NCBI GenBank assembly: GCA_045594665.1
Contig: JAZNYX010000053.1
Location: 5,747 to 69,746, forward strand
Reading direction: 5' to 3'
DNA length: 64,000 nucleotides
Source of the DNA: Clostridia bacterium
GTDB taxonomy: Bacteria > Bacillota > Clostridia > UMGS1883
Position 1 is the stretch's first letter, and the number at the start of each line of letters is the position of its first letter. Of this stretch, positions 48,714 through 57,748 are shown in pieces. The position numbers were made by a program, and so were the translations under genes. The notes beneath the pieces were generated by a model that saw nothing but the letters and a program-made list of their open reading frames with translations, was not told the DNA's origin and ran no database searches.

Positions 48714-49322
48714 TTACAACTTCGTTGTAAATGACACAGCCTTACCCAATATACGGATATTCTTCGCCTGCTTTTTTGTATATACAATAGGTTTATACTT
48801 AGGATTTTCCGAAACTAAGGTTATGGAATCGGGTGCTTGGTAAACTCTTTTGAGTGTTGCTTCATCGTCTACCAAAACTGCGGCTATCTCGCCGTCATCA
48901 ATTGATTCCTGCTTGCGGATGAAAACCACATCGCCGTCCTTTATGCCTGCACCTGTCATGGAATCTCCGTGAACACGCAAGCAGAAGTCAGCTCCGCAGT
49001 CATCGACGGGGGAATAATATTCGTATTCCTCCGAGGCAAAAATCGGCTGACCTGCTGCAATTTCTCCAAGCAACGGCAGCTTCTTTTTGCTTATTTTCAT
49101 TGCGGCTTCAGGAAGAACATCCTCCTCCCAGCCCATCAGATACGAGGGGGTACAACCAAAAATTTTAGCCATCTCAAGCACTGTTGCGTGCTTGGGATTT
49201 TTTATTTCCCCGCTTTCATAGCGTTGCACCGTAGCTTCCTTAACGCCAAGTGCATTGGCAACGTCCAAAAGAGTCATCCCGAGTGCTGTACGCCTTTCCT
49301 TAATTCTTTCATGTAATTTCAT
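48714..49322 (-). CDS. CI/LexA-type phage repressor (XRE HTH plus S24 peptidase)
   Basis: HTH LGMTLLDVANALGVKEATVQRYESG. S24 domain with VHGDSM and a later catalytic Lys region (ATLKRV). Confidence 0.9.
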   Translation of the reverse strand: MKLHERIKERRTALGMTLLDVANALGVKEATVQRYESGEIKNPKHATVLEMAKIFGCTPSYLMGWEEDVLPEAAMKISKKKLPLLGEIAAGQPIFASEEYEYYSPVDDCGADFCLRVHGDSMTGAGIKDGDVVFIRKQESIDDGEIAAVLVDDEATLKRVYQAPDSITLVSENPKYKPIVYTKKQAKNIRILGKAVSFTTKL

Positions 49323-49379
49323 AATAATTTTCCTTTCATTAATACTTGGAAAAACTGCTTCTACAACGATTATAACACA

Positions 49380-49498
49380 ACTTACTTAAAATGCAAGAAA
49401 AATTTTTAAAAACTTACGTAAAAAGTATTGACTTTCGTCATTTCGTGTTTTATACTGACTTACGTAAAAAGTAAGAAAGTAAAAATACTTACATGAAA
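49380..49498. promoter_or_regulatory. Phage immunity region: early rightward promoter flanked by repeated operators
   Basis: TTGACT (49428-33), 17 nt, TATACT (49451-56). ACTTACGTAAAAAGTA occurs at 49412-49427 and 49458-49473. Diverged copies at 49380-49393 and 49487-49498. Confidence 0.6.
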
Positions 49499-49512
49499 GG
49501 AAAGAATTAACC

Positions 49513-49779
49513 ATGAAATATGAAGGTAAATTTTGTGTTGTGTGCGGAAGAAGAATCCCCGAACTTTCACGCCGAAAGAAAACCTGCAGTGATTTTTGCC
49601 ACCGCAGAAAAAAATGTGGCTATGCACCCTACCTTGGATATGCCAAGCTTCCCTATGATGATTTGACCGCACTCCAACAGGAGGCACACAGCAAAGGAAT
49701 GAGCTACGGCAAATATATGGCAAGTCTGTCCTCTCATGCAGAGAGCAGCAGGAAAGGAGGAGAAAGCATATGCCGATGA
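49513..49779 (+). CDS. Small phage protein with Cys4 zinc-ribbon-like N-terminus
   Basis: CVVCGRR...CSDFC. First rightward gene. Confidence 0.5.
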   Translation: MKYEGKFCVVCGRRIPELSRRKKTCSDFCHRRKKCGYAPYLGYAKLPYDDLTALQQEAHSKGMSYGKYMASLSSHAESSRKGGESICR

Positions 49780-49970
49780 TAATTCAATGTCCCTTTTACA
49801 AAATGGACAGCCATCTTAAGCTCTACTGTGAGGGATGCAGTATGAAGTTTCCCGATATTGCGGCACGGAGAGATTATATTGAAAATTATTGTGCAAACCA
49901 TATTAACTGGCAAAAATGCAGCGTGGCACACTCAATGCAGCGTTATTATGACAGAAAGGACGAAAGGTAA
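49770..49970 (+). CDS. Small Cys-rich phage protein
   Basis: Overlaps neighbours on both sides. CPFY..CEGC..C..C pattern. Confidence 0.45.
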   Translation: MPMIIQCPFYKMDSHLKLYCEGCSMKFPDIAARRDYIENYCANHINWQKCSVAHSMQRYYDRKDER

Positions 49971-50230
49971 TGAATTATAAAAATGAGATTATGCGGAGAG
50001 ATAAACGTATCGAAACCTACAAAAATACAGAAGAGGAACTTAGGGAAGAAATTACAGCTTTAAGACAGCTTCTTGATTGTGCGGCGGCAAACATTGTGCT
50101 TTTGACAAAGGAAAAAGGCGGAAAGGTTACCTTATCTAAAACCGAGGTTAGTGATGCCCTTGGTAAATATCATCTTAGTGCAAAGCGTGACAAGGACGGA
50201 AATTACGCACTGGAGATAAAAGAGGAATGA
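49970..50230 (+). CDS. Small coiled-coil phage protein
   Basis: TAATG and ATGA overlaps with neighbours. Confidence 0.45.
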   Translation: MNYKNEIMRRDKRIETYKNTEEELREEITALRQLLDCAAANIVLLTKEKGGKVTLSKTEVSDALGKYHLSAKRDKDGNYALEIKEE

Positions 50231-51654
50231 ATATAATCTGGACGCCTCAACCCAGACAAAGGGCTTTTATGGAGAGGAAGGAAACGGAAGCTCTCTACGG
50301 CGGTGCGGCAGGCGGAGGAAAAAGCGACTGTGCAATAGCCGAGGCACTAAGGCAGGTGCATATACCCCATTATCGCGGTTTGATTTTAAGAAAAACCTAC
50401 CCACAGCTTTCGGAAATGGTAGACAGAAGCCGTGAGATATACTCCCCTGCGTTTCCCGATGCCAAGTTTAATGACCAAAAGCACTGTTGGACATTTCCTT
50501 CGGGAGCGAAAATCTACTTTGGAGCCATGCAGCATACAAAGGACAGAACCAACTATCAGGGAAAACGCTACGACTTTATAGATTTTGATGAGCTGACGCA
50601 TTTTACATGGGATGAATACAGCTATCTTTTCAGCCGTAACCGTCCCAACGGCCCCGGTACACGCTGTTATATCAGGGCGCAGGCAAACCCCGGAGGAATA
50701 GGGCACGGCTGGGTGAAGGAACGTTTCATTACGCCTGCTCCGCCAATGACACCTATTTATGATGAGGTAAAGATAATGTTCCCCGACGGGAAAAGCGAGC
50801 TTCGCCGTCAAAGCAGAATTTTTGTTCCGTCAAGTGTTTTTGATAATAAAATTCTGATGCAAAATGACCCCGACTATATTACAAGGCTTGCCTCGCTTCC
50901 CGAAAATGAGAAAAAAGCACTTTTATACGGCGATTGGGACAGCTTTTCGGGACAGGTTTTTACGGAATGGAGAAACAACCCCGACGGATATGAAAACCGC
51001 AGAAATACTCACGTAATAAACCCTTTTAAAATTCCCTCCTCATGGAAAATATACCGTGGATTTGACTTTGGTTATTCACGTCCCTTTTCGGTGGGATGGT
51101 ATTGCGTGGACCATGACGGCAGGCTGTACAGGATTAAGGAGCTTTACGGATGTACAGGCACTCCCAACGAAGGTGTAAGATGGGAGCCGGGGCGGATTGC
51201 ACGTGAAATCAGGCGTATTGAAAATGATGATATTAATCTTCGCGGTAAGTATATAAACGGCATTGCTGACCCTTCCATTTTTGATGAAAGCCGCGGCGAA
51301 AGCGTAGGCAGACTGATGGAAAGGGAGGGTGTATATTTTGAAAAAGCAGACAATACCCGTATAGCAGGGAAGATGCAGCTTCATAACAGGTTAGCATTTG
51401 ATGACGAGGGTATTCCCATGCTGTACATATTTTCCACCTGCAAGCATTTTATAAGAACAGTTCCTTCGCTTGTTTACAGTCAGATTGATGTTGAGGACAT
51501 CGACACAACAGCAGAGGATCATATATATGATGAAGTCCGCTATATTGCTATGACAAATCCCATAAATCCGCCTCCCAAAAAACAGCCTCAGATAATGTAT
51601 GATCCGCTTAGTACAGATGATTACAAGCACTATAACTATTACAGATTAGGATGA
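50227..51654 (+). CDS. terL: Terminase large subunit
   Basis: Walker A GGAAGGGKSD, Walker B-like FIDFDE, C-terminal nuclease-like region. Confidence 0.88.
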   Translation: MNIIWTPQPRQRAFMERKETEALYGGAAGGGKSDCAIAEALRQVHIPHYRGLILRKTYPQLSEMVDRSREIYSPAFPDAKFNDQKHCWTFPSGAKIYFGAMQHTKDRTNYQGKRYDFIDFDELTHFTWDEYSYLFSRNRPNGPGTRCYIRAQANPGGIGHGWVKERFITPAPPMTPIYDEVKIMFPDGKSELRRQSRIFVPSSVFDNKILMQNDPDYITRLASLPENEKKALLYGDWDSFSGQVFTEWRNNPDGYENRRNTHVINPFKIPSSWKIYRGFDFGYSRPFSVGWYCVDHDGRLYRIKELYGCTGTPNEGVRWEPGRIAREIRRIENDDINLRGKYINGIADPSIFDESRGESVGRLMEREGVYFEKADNTRIAGKMQLHNRLAFDDEGIPMLYIFSTCKHFIRTVPSLVYSQIDVEDIDTTAEDHIYDEVRYIAMTNPINPPPKKQPQIMYDPLSTDDYKHYNYYRLG

Positions 51655-51658
51655 TGGA

Positions 51659-52201
51659 ATGAAAAGAGAAAAATACGACTGGAAAGCAATTAAAACCGAG
51701 TTTGTTACGGGAGAGGACTCTGCGGTAGCTCTTGCAAAAAAACACGGAATTAATAAGGCCACACTCTACCGTCATTATCAGATAGAGCGTTGGAGTGAGG
51801 CAAGGCAGGAATACAGAGAAAATGTTATGGAAAAATGTGCTGACAATGCAGCCTGCATAGCGGCAATAAAACTGGCAAAGGAAATTGATATAGCCGATAA
51901 GCTTTCCGATGTGCTAAATGAAGCAATAGAGGATAAAAAGCAGTTTTACCGATACATCGTAAAGGAAAAGAACGGAAGTGACAGCGGCGAGGAGGAACGC
52001 ATATTCGGGAAAATGGATATGCAGTCACTCAATAATGCAATAAAAGCACTTTCCGCCCTTCAGGAGATAAAATGCGTGATGTACGGAATCCTGACACCCA
52101 TTGAGGAAAGGAAGCTTCAGATAGGCAGGGAAAAGGAATCGGAGGGTGAAGTAGTAGCGGAAACGGGAGTGGTGATACTCCCGCCGGTGAATGATGATTA
52201 A
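51659..52201 (+). CDS. HTH protein resembling a terminase small subunit
   Basis: DWKAIKTEFVTGEDSAVALAKKHGINKATLYRH..ERW resembles the N-terminus of Firmicute phage small terminases. Position after TerL is atypical. Confidence 0.45.
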   Translation: MKREKYDWKAIKTEFVTGEDSAVALAKKHGINKATLYRHYQIERWSEARQEYRENVMEKCADNAACIAAIKLAKEIDIADKLSDVLNEAIEDKKQFYRYIVKEKNGSDSGEEERIFGKMDMQSLNNAIKALSALQEIKCVMYGILTPIEERKLQIGREKESEGEVVAETGVVILPPVNDD

Positions 52202-52221
52202 TTACAAAGGAGAGGAAAAAA

Positions 52222-53862
52222 TTGAAGATAAGTAGTTTTTTTGCCCCCAAAAGCAATTTTGCCTCAAAGCGAAAAATCGGGGAAAGCGAAATTGCAATGG
52301 CAGGGCAGATATTAAAGGATTATAAAAATGCCAAAGCGGTTTTAGAGGAACGAATCGTAGAAAACGAGCAGTGGTGGAAACTTCGGCATAAGGACTACAG
52401 CAAGGATAGGACAGAAAAAAAGGATGCAGGAAGCAGTAGTGCATGGCTTTTTAATGCCCTGGCAAACAAGCACGCCGATGCCATGGACAGCTTTCCCGAG
52501 GCGACGGTTCTTCCGAGGGAAAAGGATGATGAGGAGGAGGCAAAGAAGCTTTCCGCCATTATCCCTGCAATTATGGAACACAACAATTTTGAGGAGATAT
52601 ATTCAAATAACTGGTGGTATAAACTCAAGCACGGCTGTTGTGCTTACGGAGTTTTCTGGAACAGCGAGCTTGAAGGAGGACTTGGTGATATTCAGATAAA
52701 GAAAATTGACCTTTTGAATGTTTTTTGGGAGCCGGGTATTACCGATATTCAGAAAAGCAGAAATCTTTTTATTGTAAGTCTTCGCGACCAAGATGTTTTA
52801 GAATGTGAATACCCTTCCCTTCGAGGCAAGAATTTGGGAAACAGCGTGGATATCAAGGAGTACATTTATGACAGCACTGTTGACACATCAGGAAAAGTAG
52901 CGGTTGTGGACTGGTACTATAAAGTAAGGAACGAGAATGGAAAAACGCTTCTTCACTACTCTAAATTCGTGGGAGAAAATTTGCTTTTTGCCTCTGAAAA
53001 CTTAGAGGAATACGCCTACAGAGGTTGGTACGACCACGGCGAATACCCTATAGTTTTAGACAGCTTGTTTCCCGAGGAGGGAACGCCTGCAGGCTTTGGC
53101 TTTGTGGCAGTTACCAAAAATCCGCAGATGTATATTGACAAGCTTAATGATGCCATTTTAGAAAATACGCTGATGGCGTCAAAACCCAGATATTTTGCAA
53201 AAATCAGTGCAGGGGTAAATGAAAACGAATTTCTTGACTGGTCACGCCCCATAGTACATGTAGAGGGTGATATTAACGAGGAAAGACTGCGTCCCATCAG
53301 CGTGATGCAGCTTCCGCCCTCCTGTATGGAAATGCTTAGAATGAAAATAGACGAGCTTAAGGAAACAAGCTCCAACAGTGACTTTAACCGAGGTGCCGCC
53401 GTAAACGGCGTAACTGCGGCATCGGCAATAGCGGCATTGCAGGAGGCAGGAAACAAGGTCAGCCGTGATATGCTTAAGGCAACATACCGTGCCTATACCA
53501 AGATAAATTATCTGTGCATAGAGCTTATACGTCAGTTTTACACGGAGCTTAGAAGCTTCCGCATAAATAACCCTGACGGAGGTTATGAATTTACCGAGTA
53601 CAGTAATACAAATATCAGAATCCCTCAAAAGGGAGATGGGTACCGCAAAAGCGTATTTGATATTGCGGTAAAGACACAGAAGAAAAGTCCCTACAGCCGT
53701 CTTTCGCAAAATGAGCTTGCAAAGGAGCTTTTCAACATAGGTTTTTTCAATCCTCAAAATGCAATGCAGTCGCTAAGTGCTCTTGAAATCATGGATTTTG
53801 ACGGTAAAGCGGCAATTGAAGCGAAAATAAGGGAAATAGCTAACTATGAAAGGATGAATTGA
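52222..53862 (+). CDS. Portal protein
   Basis: 546 aa, directly after the terminase genes and before scaffold and capsid. TTG start with AAGGAGAGG RBS. Confidence 0.7.
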   Translation: MKISSFFAPKSNFASKRKIGESEIAMAGQILKDYKNAKAVLEERIVENEQWWKLRHKDYSKDRTEKKDAGSSSAWLFNALANKHADAMDSFPEATVLPREKDDEEEAKKLSAIIPAIMEHNNFEEIYSNNWWYKLKHGCCAYGVFWNSELEGGLGDIQIKKIDLLNVFWEPGITDIQKSRNLFIVSLRDQDVLECEYPSLRGKNLGNSVDIKEYIYDSTVDTSGKVAVVDWYYKVRNENGKTLLHYSKFVGENLLFASENLEEYAYRGWYDHGEYPIVLDSLFPEEGTPAGFGFVAVTKNPQMYIDKLNDAILENTLMASKPRYFAKISAGVNENEFLDWSRPIVHVEGDINEERLRPISVMQLPPSCMEMLRMKIDELKETSSNSDFNRGAAVNGVTAASAIAALQEAGNKVSRDMLKATYRAYTKINYLCIELIRQFYTELRSFRINNPDGGYEFTEYSNTNIRIPQKGDGYRKSVFDIAVKTQKKSPYSRLSQNELAKELFNIGFFNPQNAMQSLSALEIMDFDGKAAIEAKIREIANYERMN

Positions 53863-53863
53863 T

Positions 53864-54562
53864 ATGAAAAAACAAGAAGAAATGCTTGCAATCTCTGCCG
53901 AAAGCGCGCAGAGCGGAGATAGTAAAGAGGCTGAAAAAATGGCAGCAATCAGCCGGCTGCCCGCGGGCGAAGAAGGTCTTGCCGCCGAAGACACAAAAAA
54001 CAAAGATGATGAATTCCGCAGCCTTATTAAAGGCGAATATAAGGAGCAGTTTAATAAGGCAGTGCAGAAAATCATCACAAAGAGACTAAAGGAGGTGAAA
54101 GAAGTGAAGGGAGCATCAGAAAAAACTGCAAGAGTTATAGAAAGACTCCTTGCAGAAAACAGTTATCTCAAAAAGGAACAAACAAGAAGGGCGCACGATA
54201 CAGAGGTTAATTCTCTTGTGACTGAGTGGAAAAAGCAGGCAGAGGAAACTAAGAAGTTGTACAGTGATTTTGACCTTAAGAAGGAACTTGAAAATCCCGA
54301 ATTTAGCAGGCTTTTGAAGCTTGGCGTGAGCATGAAGACCGCTTACGAGGTTCTCAATATTGACTCCATTTTGGATAAAAACTCAAAGAATGCAGAAAAA
54401 ATGGTGGTTGATTCAATCAGACTTAAGGGAAACCGCCCTGTTGAAAACGGAAGCGAGGACGCAGGCGGAATTATTCTTTCAAGCAATGTTTCAAAGCTTA
54501 ATAAAAAGCAGAGAGCAGAGCTTGCAAAGAGAGCGGCAAAGGGAGAAAGAATCAGTTTCTGA
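53864..54562 (+). CDS. Scaffolding protein
   Basis: Highly charged, predicted helical, between portal and capsid. Confidence 0.6.
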   Translation: MKKQEEMLAISAESAQSGDSKEAEKMAAISRLPAGEEGLAAEDTKNKDDEFRSLIKGEYKEQFNKAVQKIITKRLKEVKEVKGASEKTARVIERLLAENSYLKKEQTRRAHDTEVNSLVTEWKKQAEETKKLYSDFDLKKELENPEFSRLLKLGVSMKTAYEVLNIDSILDKNSKNAEKMVVDSIRLKGNRPVENGSEDAGGIILSSNVSKLNKKQRAELAKRAAKGERISF

Positions 54563-54591
54563 AAAAGAAAGAGAAAGAAAGGATGAAGTAA

Positions 54592-55911
54592 ATGTTTAAG
54601 TTTAATTTGCAGCATTTTGCTGCAGGCAATGTTGTACATACCTCAAGCGGTATTGCAAATTCTAACACAGGTGAGGTAGCTTCCTATGGTGAAGCAGGCG
54701 GTCTTTCAAATGAAATGAAGACCTATTATTCAGACTATCTTATTGATATGGCAGAGCCCAAGCTGGTGCATGACCAGTTCGGACAGAAGTGTACTATCCC
54801 CAAGAATGGCGGTAAGACTATTGAATTTCGTAAGTACGATCCCCTTCCCAAGATGACTACACCCCTTGTAGAGGGAGTAACTCCCGACGGGCAGAAGATG
54901 GAACTGGGCGTTGTCAGGGCAGAGGTCAAGCAGTACGGTGGCTTTATTGAGCTTTCCGATATTCTTATGCTTGCGGCTATTGATAACAATCTTGTTCAGG
55001 CAACCAAGCTTTTGGGCGGTCAGGCAGGAAGAACCCTTGACGCAATCACAAGAGAGGTTCTCTGCGGCGGTACAAACGTACAGTTTGCCGAAGGGCAGGT
55101 TGCATCAAGAAGCCTTCTTACAGGCGGAAAGGAATCAGGCAATCATTATCTTACGGTTGACAGTATAAGACGTGCAGTGCGTTATATTAAGAAAATGAAT
55201 GCGGAAACGATTAACGGAAGCTATGTGGGTATTATTCACCCCGATACAGCTTACGACCTTATGAGCGATCCCAAATGGATTAACGTTAAGACATATTCCG
55301 ACCCCGAGGGTATCTATCAGGGTGAAATCGGTAAGATTGAAAACGTAAGATTCGTTGAAAGCTCCGAAGCAAAGGTAATTCACGCAGAGGACCTTTGCAA
55401 GGAAAGCAGAAATCTTACAGTTTCCTCCTACAGCACACTTTCATCTGTAGGCAAGGTGACACATGGAGAAGGAAGCTTGTACAAGCTTGTCGTAGAGGAG
55501 TCTCTTACGGAGGAAGATGCAGCAAGACTTGTGGATGCAACCATTCAGCTTGGTGTGGAAGACAGTATTGAAGTATTAAGTGTAGGCGGTGTTGATATAG
55601 AGAATAAAGCCCTCTATCTTTATGCAGAGCCTGCCAATACTCCTTCAGGTGGCGATGTTTTATACCCCGGTGAAGCGGGCTTTAAGGGTTGTGACGTTTA
55701 TGTAACCCTTATTATCGGCGATAACGCTTACGGTACTACGGAAATCTCAGGCGGCGGTTTGCAGCACATTGTAAAGCAGCTCGGCTCTGCAGGAAGTGCC
55801 GACCCCCTTAATCAGCGTGCTACAGCAGGCTGGAAGGCTACAAAGGCGGCTGTAAGACTTGTAGAACCCTACATGATTCGTATAGAAACAGCAAGCACAT
55901 TCGGTAACTAA
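54592..55911 (+). CDS. Major capsid protein
   Basis: 439 aa after the scaffold gene. N-terminal FNLQHFA motif is common in Firmicute phage head proteins. Confidence 0.75.
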   Translation: MFKFNLQHFAAGNVVHTSSGIANSNTGEVASYGEAGGLSNEMKTYYSDYLIDMAEPKLVHDQFGQKCTIPKNGGKTIEFRKYDPLPKMTTPLVEGVTPDGQKMELGVVRAEVKQYGGFIELSDILMLAAIDNNLVQATKLLGGQAGRTLDAITREVLCGGTNVQFAEGQVASRSLLTGGKESGNHYLTVDSIRRAVRYIKKMNAETINGSYVGIIHPDTAYDLMSDPKWINVKTYSDPEGIYQGEIGKIENVRFVESSEAKVIHAEDLCKESRNLTVSSYSTLSSVGKVTHGEGSLYKLVVEESLTEEDAARLVDATIQLGVEDSIEVLSVGGVDIENKALYLYAEPANTPSGGDVLYPGEAGFKGCDVYVTLIIGDNAYGTTEISGGGLQHIVKQLGSAGSADPLNQRATAGWKATKAAVRLVEPYMIRIETASTFGN

Positions 55912-55976
55912 ATTTAAAATATTCGTTCTGCGGCGGTAAAGCCGCAGAACGTAATAAAACACAGGAGGAATATTTT

Positions 55977-56258
55977 ATGGCAACTAAAAATACTTTGGAA
56001 AAAACAAAGGCAAAGGTCGTTGATGAAAATTCATTGGTGGAAATTGAGCTTTTCCGTGACAATAAGGACTACAAGGACAATGTTTTTGTGGCAGTAAACG
56101 GGGAAAGCTGTGTAATTGCCCGTGGTAAAAAGGTAAAAATCAAAAAGAAGTTTGCAGACATAATCGCTCTTTCCATGAAGCAGGATGTCAAGACTGCCCG
56201 TCTTATGGAGAGTACGTCAGATGAGTTTTTTGCCCAGGCAGCCGCAAGAAATATTTAA
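55977..56258 (+). CDS. Phage hypothetical protein (head-associated by position)
   Basis: AGGAGG RBS. 93 aa. Confidence 0.4.
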   Translation: MATKNTLEKTKAKVVDENSLVEIELFRDNKDYKDNVFVAVNGESCVIARGKKVKIKKKFADIIALSMKQDVKTARLMESTSDEFFAQAAARNI

Positions 56259-56273
56259 AGGGAGGTAGTGCCT

Positions 56274-57383
56274 ATGGCAAGCTTTAATCTCGGAAGAATA
56301 AAAGGCGATAAAGGTGATAAGGGCGATACAGGTGCAAAGGGTGACAAGGGCGATAGAGGAGAAAGAGGGGAAAAAGGAAGCGATGCTCAAACTCCCGTTT
56401 TCACAATAGGTGATACAAAGACGCTTCCTTCATCTGAGGAAGCGTATGTGGAATTAAATACAAAGGATATATTAAATCCCGTTCTCAGCTTTTCCATTCC
56501 CCGCGGTCATGACGGAAAAGACGCCGACGGCGACATGAAGTCAGCAGTGTATGATCCTGAGGGACTAAATCAGGATATATTTGCTTACGCAAGGAATCTT
56601 GCAGATGCTTGTATAAAAAAAGACGGCGGAAGGCTTTCGGGTGCTCTTGATGCAGGTGAAAATTCTCTGGAACTTCCTTGTGTGCGTAATGTGTCGGTTG
56701 TCACGTCACTTCCCGAAAGCGGAGCAAACGGCGATATCTGCATTATAGTAGAGGAGGAAAACGGCAAAAAGCTTGGCGAGTGTGCAGTTGGTACTTCATT
56801 TTTGGTAACTGAGGGAGAAACCGAGTGCGAATATATCATTATCGGAAAAAACTTTCATGGGGAAAACAGTGTGACACTTGTAAGAAAACACCTTACGGAT
56901 ATAGTCCTTCAGTTAGATACCAGTGCCCGTGTGTCATATGCTATGAGTGATACAGATGTATTCCTTGAAACAATGTATATAAACCTTTTCCCCGAAAGAA
57001 TAAGAAAGCTTCTGATGCTTACAAACATTGAAAACGGTTTTATGCGCAGGTGCTTTCCGCTCGCTTATACGGAGCTTTATTCCATGGAATATTTTTCCTC
57101 GACGGACCTGAGATGTGCCACAAAAAAGGGAACTTCCACAAAGAGCGTATACTTCACAAGAAGCGTATCCGATAGCAACAATGCCTACGGGGTGTCGGAT
57201 GTAGGAAATTTTACCACTCTGAGAAAATCTGCACAATACCCTTTAAGACCGGCAATAGTGCTTCCTTACGATACCGTGGTGGCAAACACGGAATATAATT
57301 CTTCTCCGGCAGTGAAGCTTTATGACGCGCCCTGCGGAATATATGTTTTCTCCGGCGGAAAATGGAAGGAGTGTAGGGATTGA
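56274..57383 (+). CDS. Collagen-like repeat protein (fibre or decoration)
   Basis: Nine G-X-Y triplets (GDKGDKGDTGAKGDKGDRGERGEKGSD) at 56304-56384. GGAGG RBS favours ATG 56274. Confidence 0.7.
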   Translation: MASFNLGRIKGDKGDKGDTGAKGDKGDRGERGEKGSDAQTPVFTIGDTKTLPSSEEAYVELNTKDILNPVLSFSIPRGHDGKDADGDMKSAVYDPEGLNQDIFAYARNLADACIKKDGGRLSGALDAGENSLELPCVRNVSVVTSLPESGANGDICIIVEEENGKKLGECAVGTSFLVTEGETECEYIIIGKNFHGENSVTLVRKHLTDIVLQLDTSARVSYAMSDTDVFLETMYINLFPERIRKLLMLTNIENGFMRRCFPLAYTELYSMEYFSSTDLRCATKKGTSTKSVYFTRSVSDSNNAYGVSDVGNFTTLRKSAQYPLRPAIVLPYDTVVANTEYNSSPAVKLYDAPCGIYVFSGGKWKECRD

Positions 57384-57736
57384 TGCGTACAATTAACTCT
57401 GTAATAGAGCAGACTTCTAAACTGCACCCCGACACTATTTCCGATGCTATTAAGTGCCGCTGGCTCAGCGAGCTTGACGGAAAGATAATGCGTGAAACCA
57501 TGCATAAGAATGACTTTAAGCCATATTCCTTTCCAGAAGACGGAGAAAGAGAGCTTGTGGTGGGAGAACCATACGACAACATATATGAACTGTACCTTAT
57601 TGCTATGAGCGACTTTTTCAGCGGAGAAATGGCAAACTACAGTGCATCTGCAATCTTGTTCGAGCAGGCATATTCGGAATTTCGTAAGAATTACCTGAGA
57701 AATAATATTCCTCACGGGCAAAAATTTATATATTAA
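57380..57736 (+). CDS. Phage hypothetical protein
   Basis: Overlapping start (ATGA-type) within the structural module. Confidence 0.4.
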   Translation: MMRTINSVIEQTSKLHPDTISDAIKCRWLSELDGKIMRETMHKNDFKPYSFPEDGERELVVGEPYDNIYELYLIAMSDFFSGEMANYSASAILFEQAYSEFRKNYLRNNIPHGQKFIY

Positions 57737-57748
57737 GGAGGAGTATGT

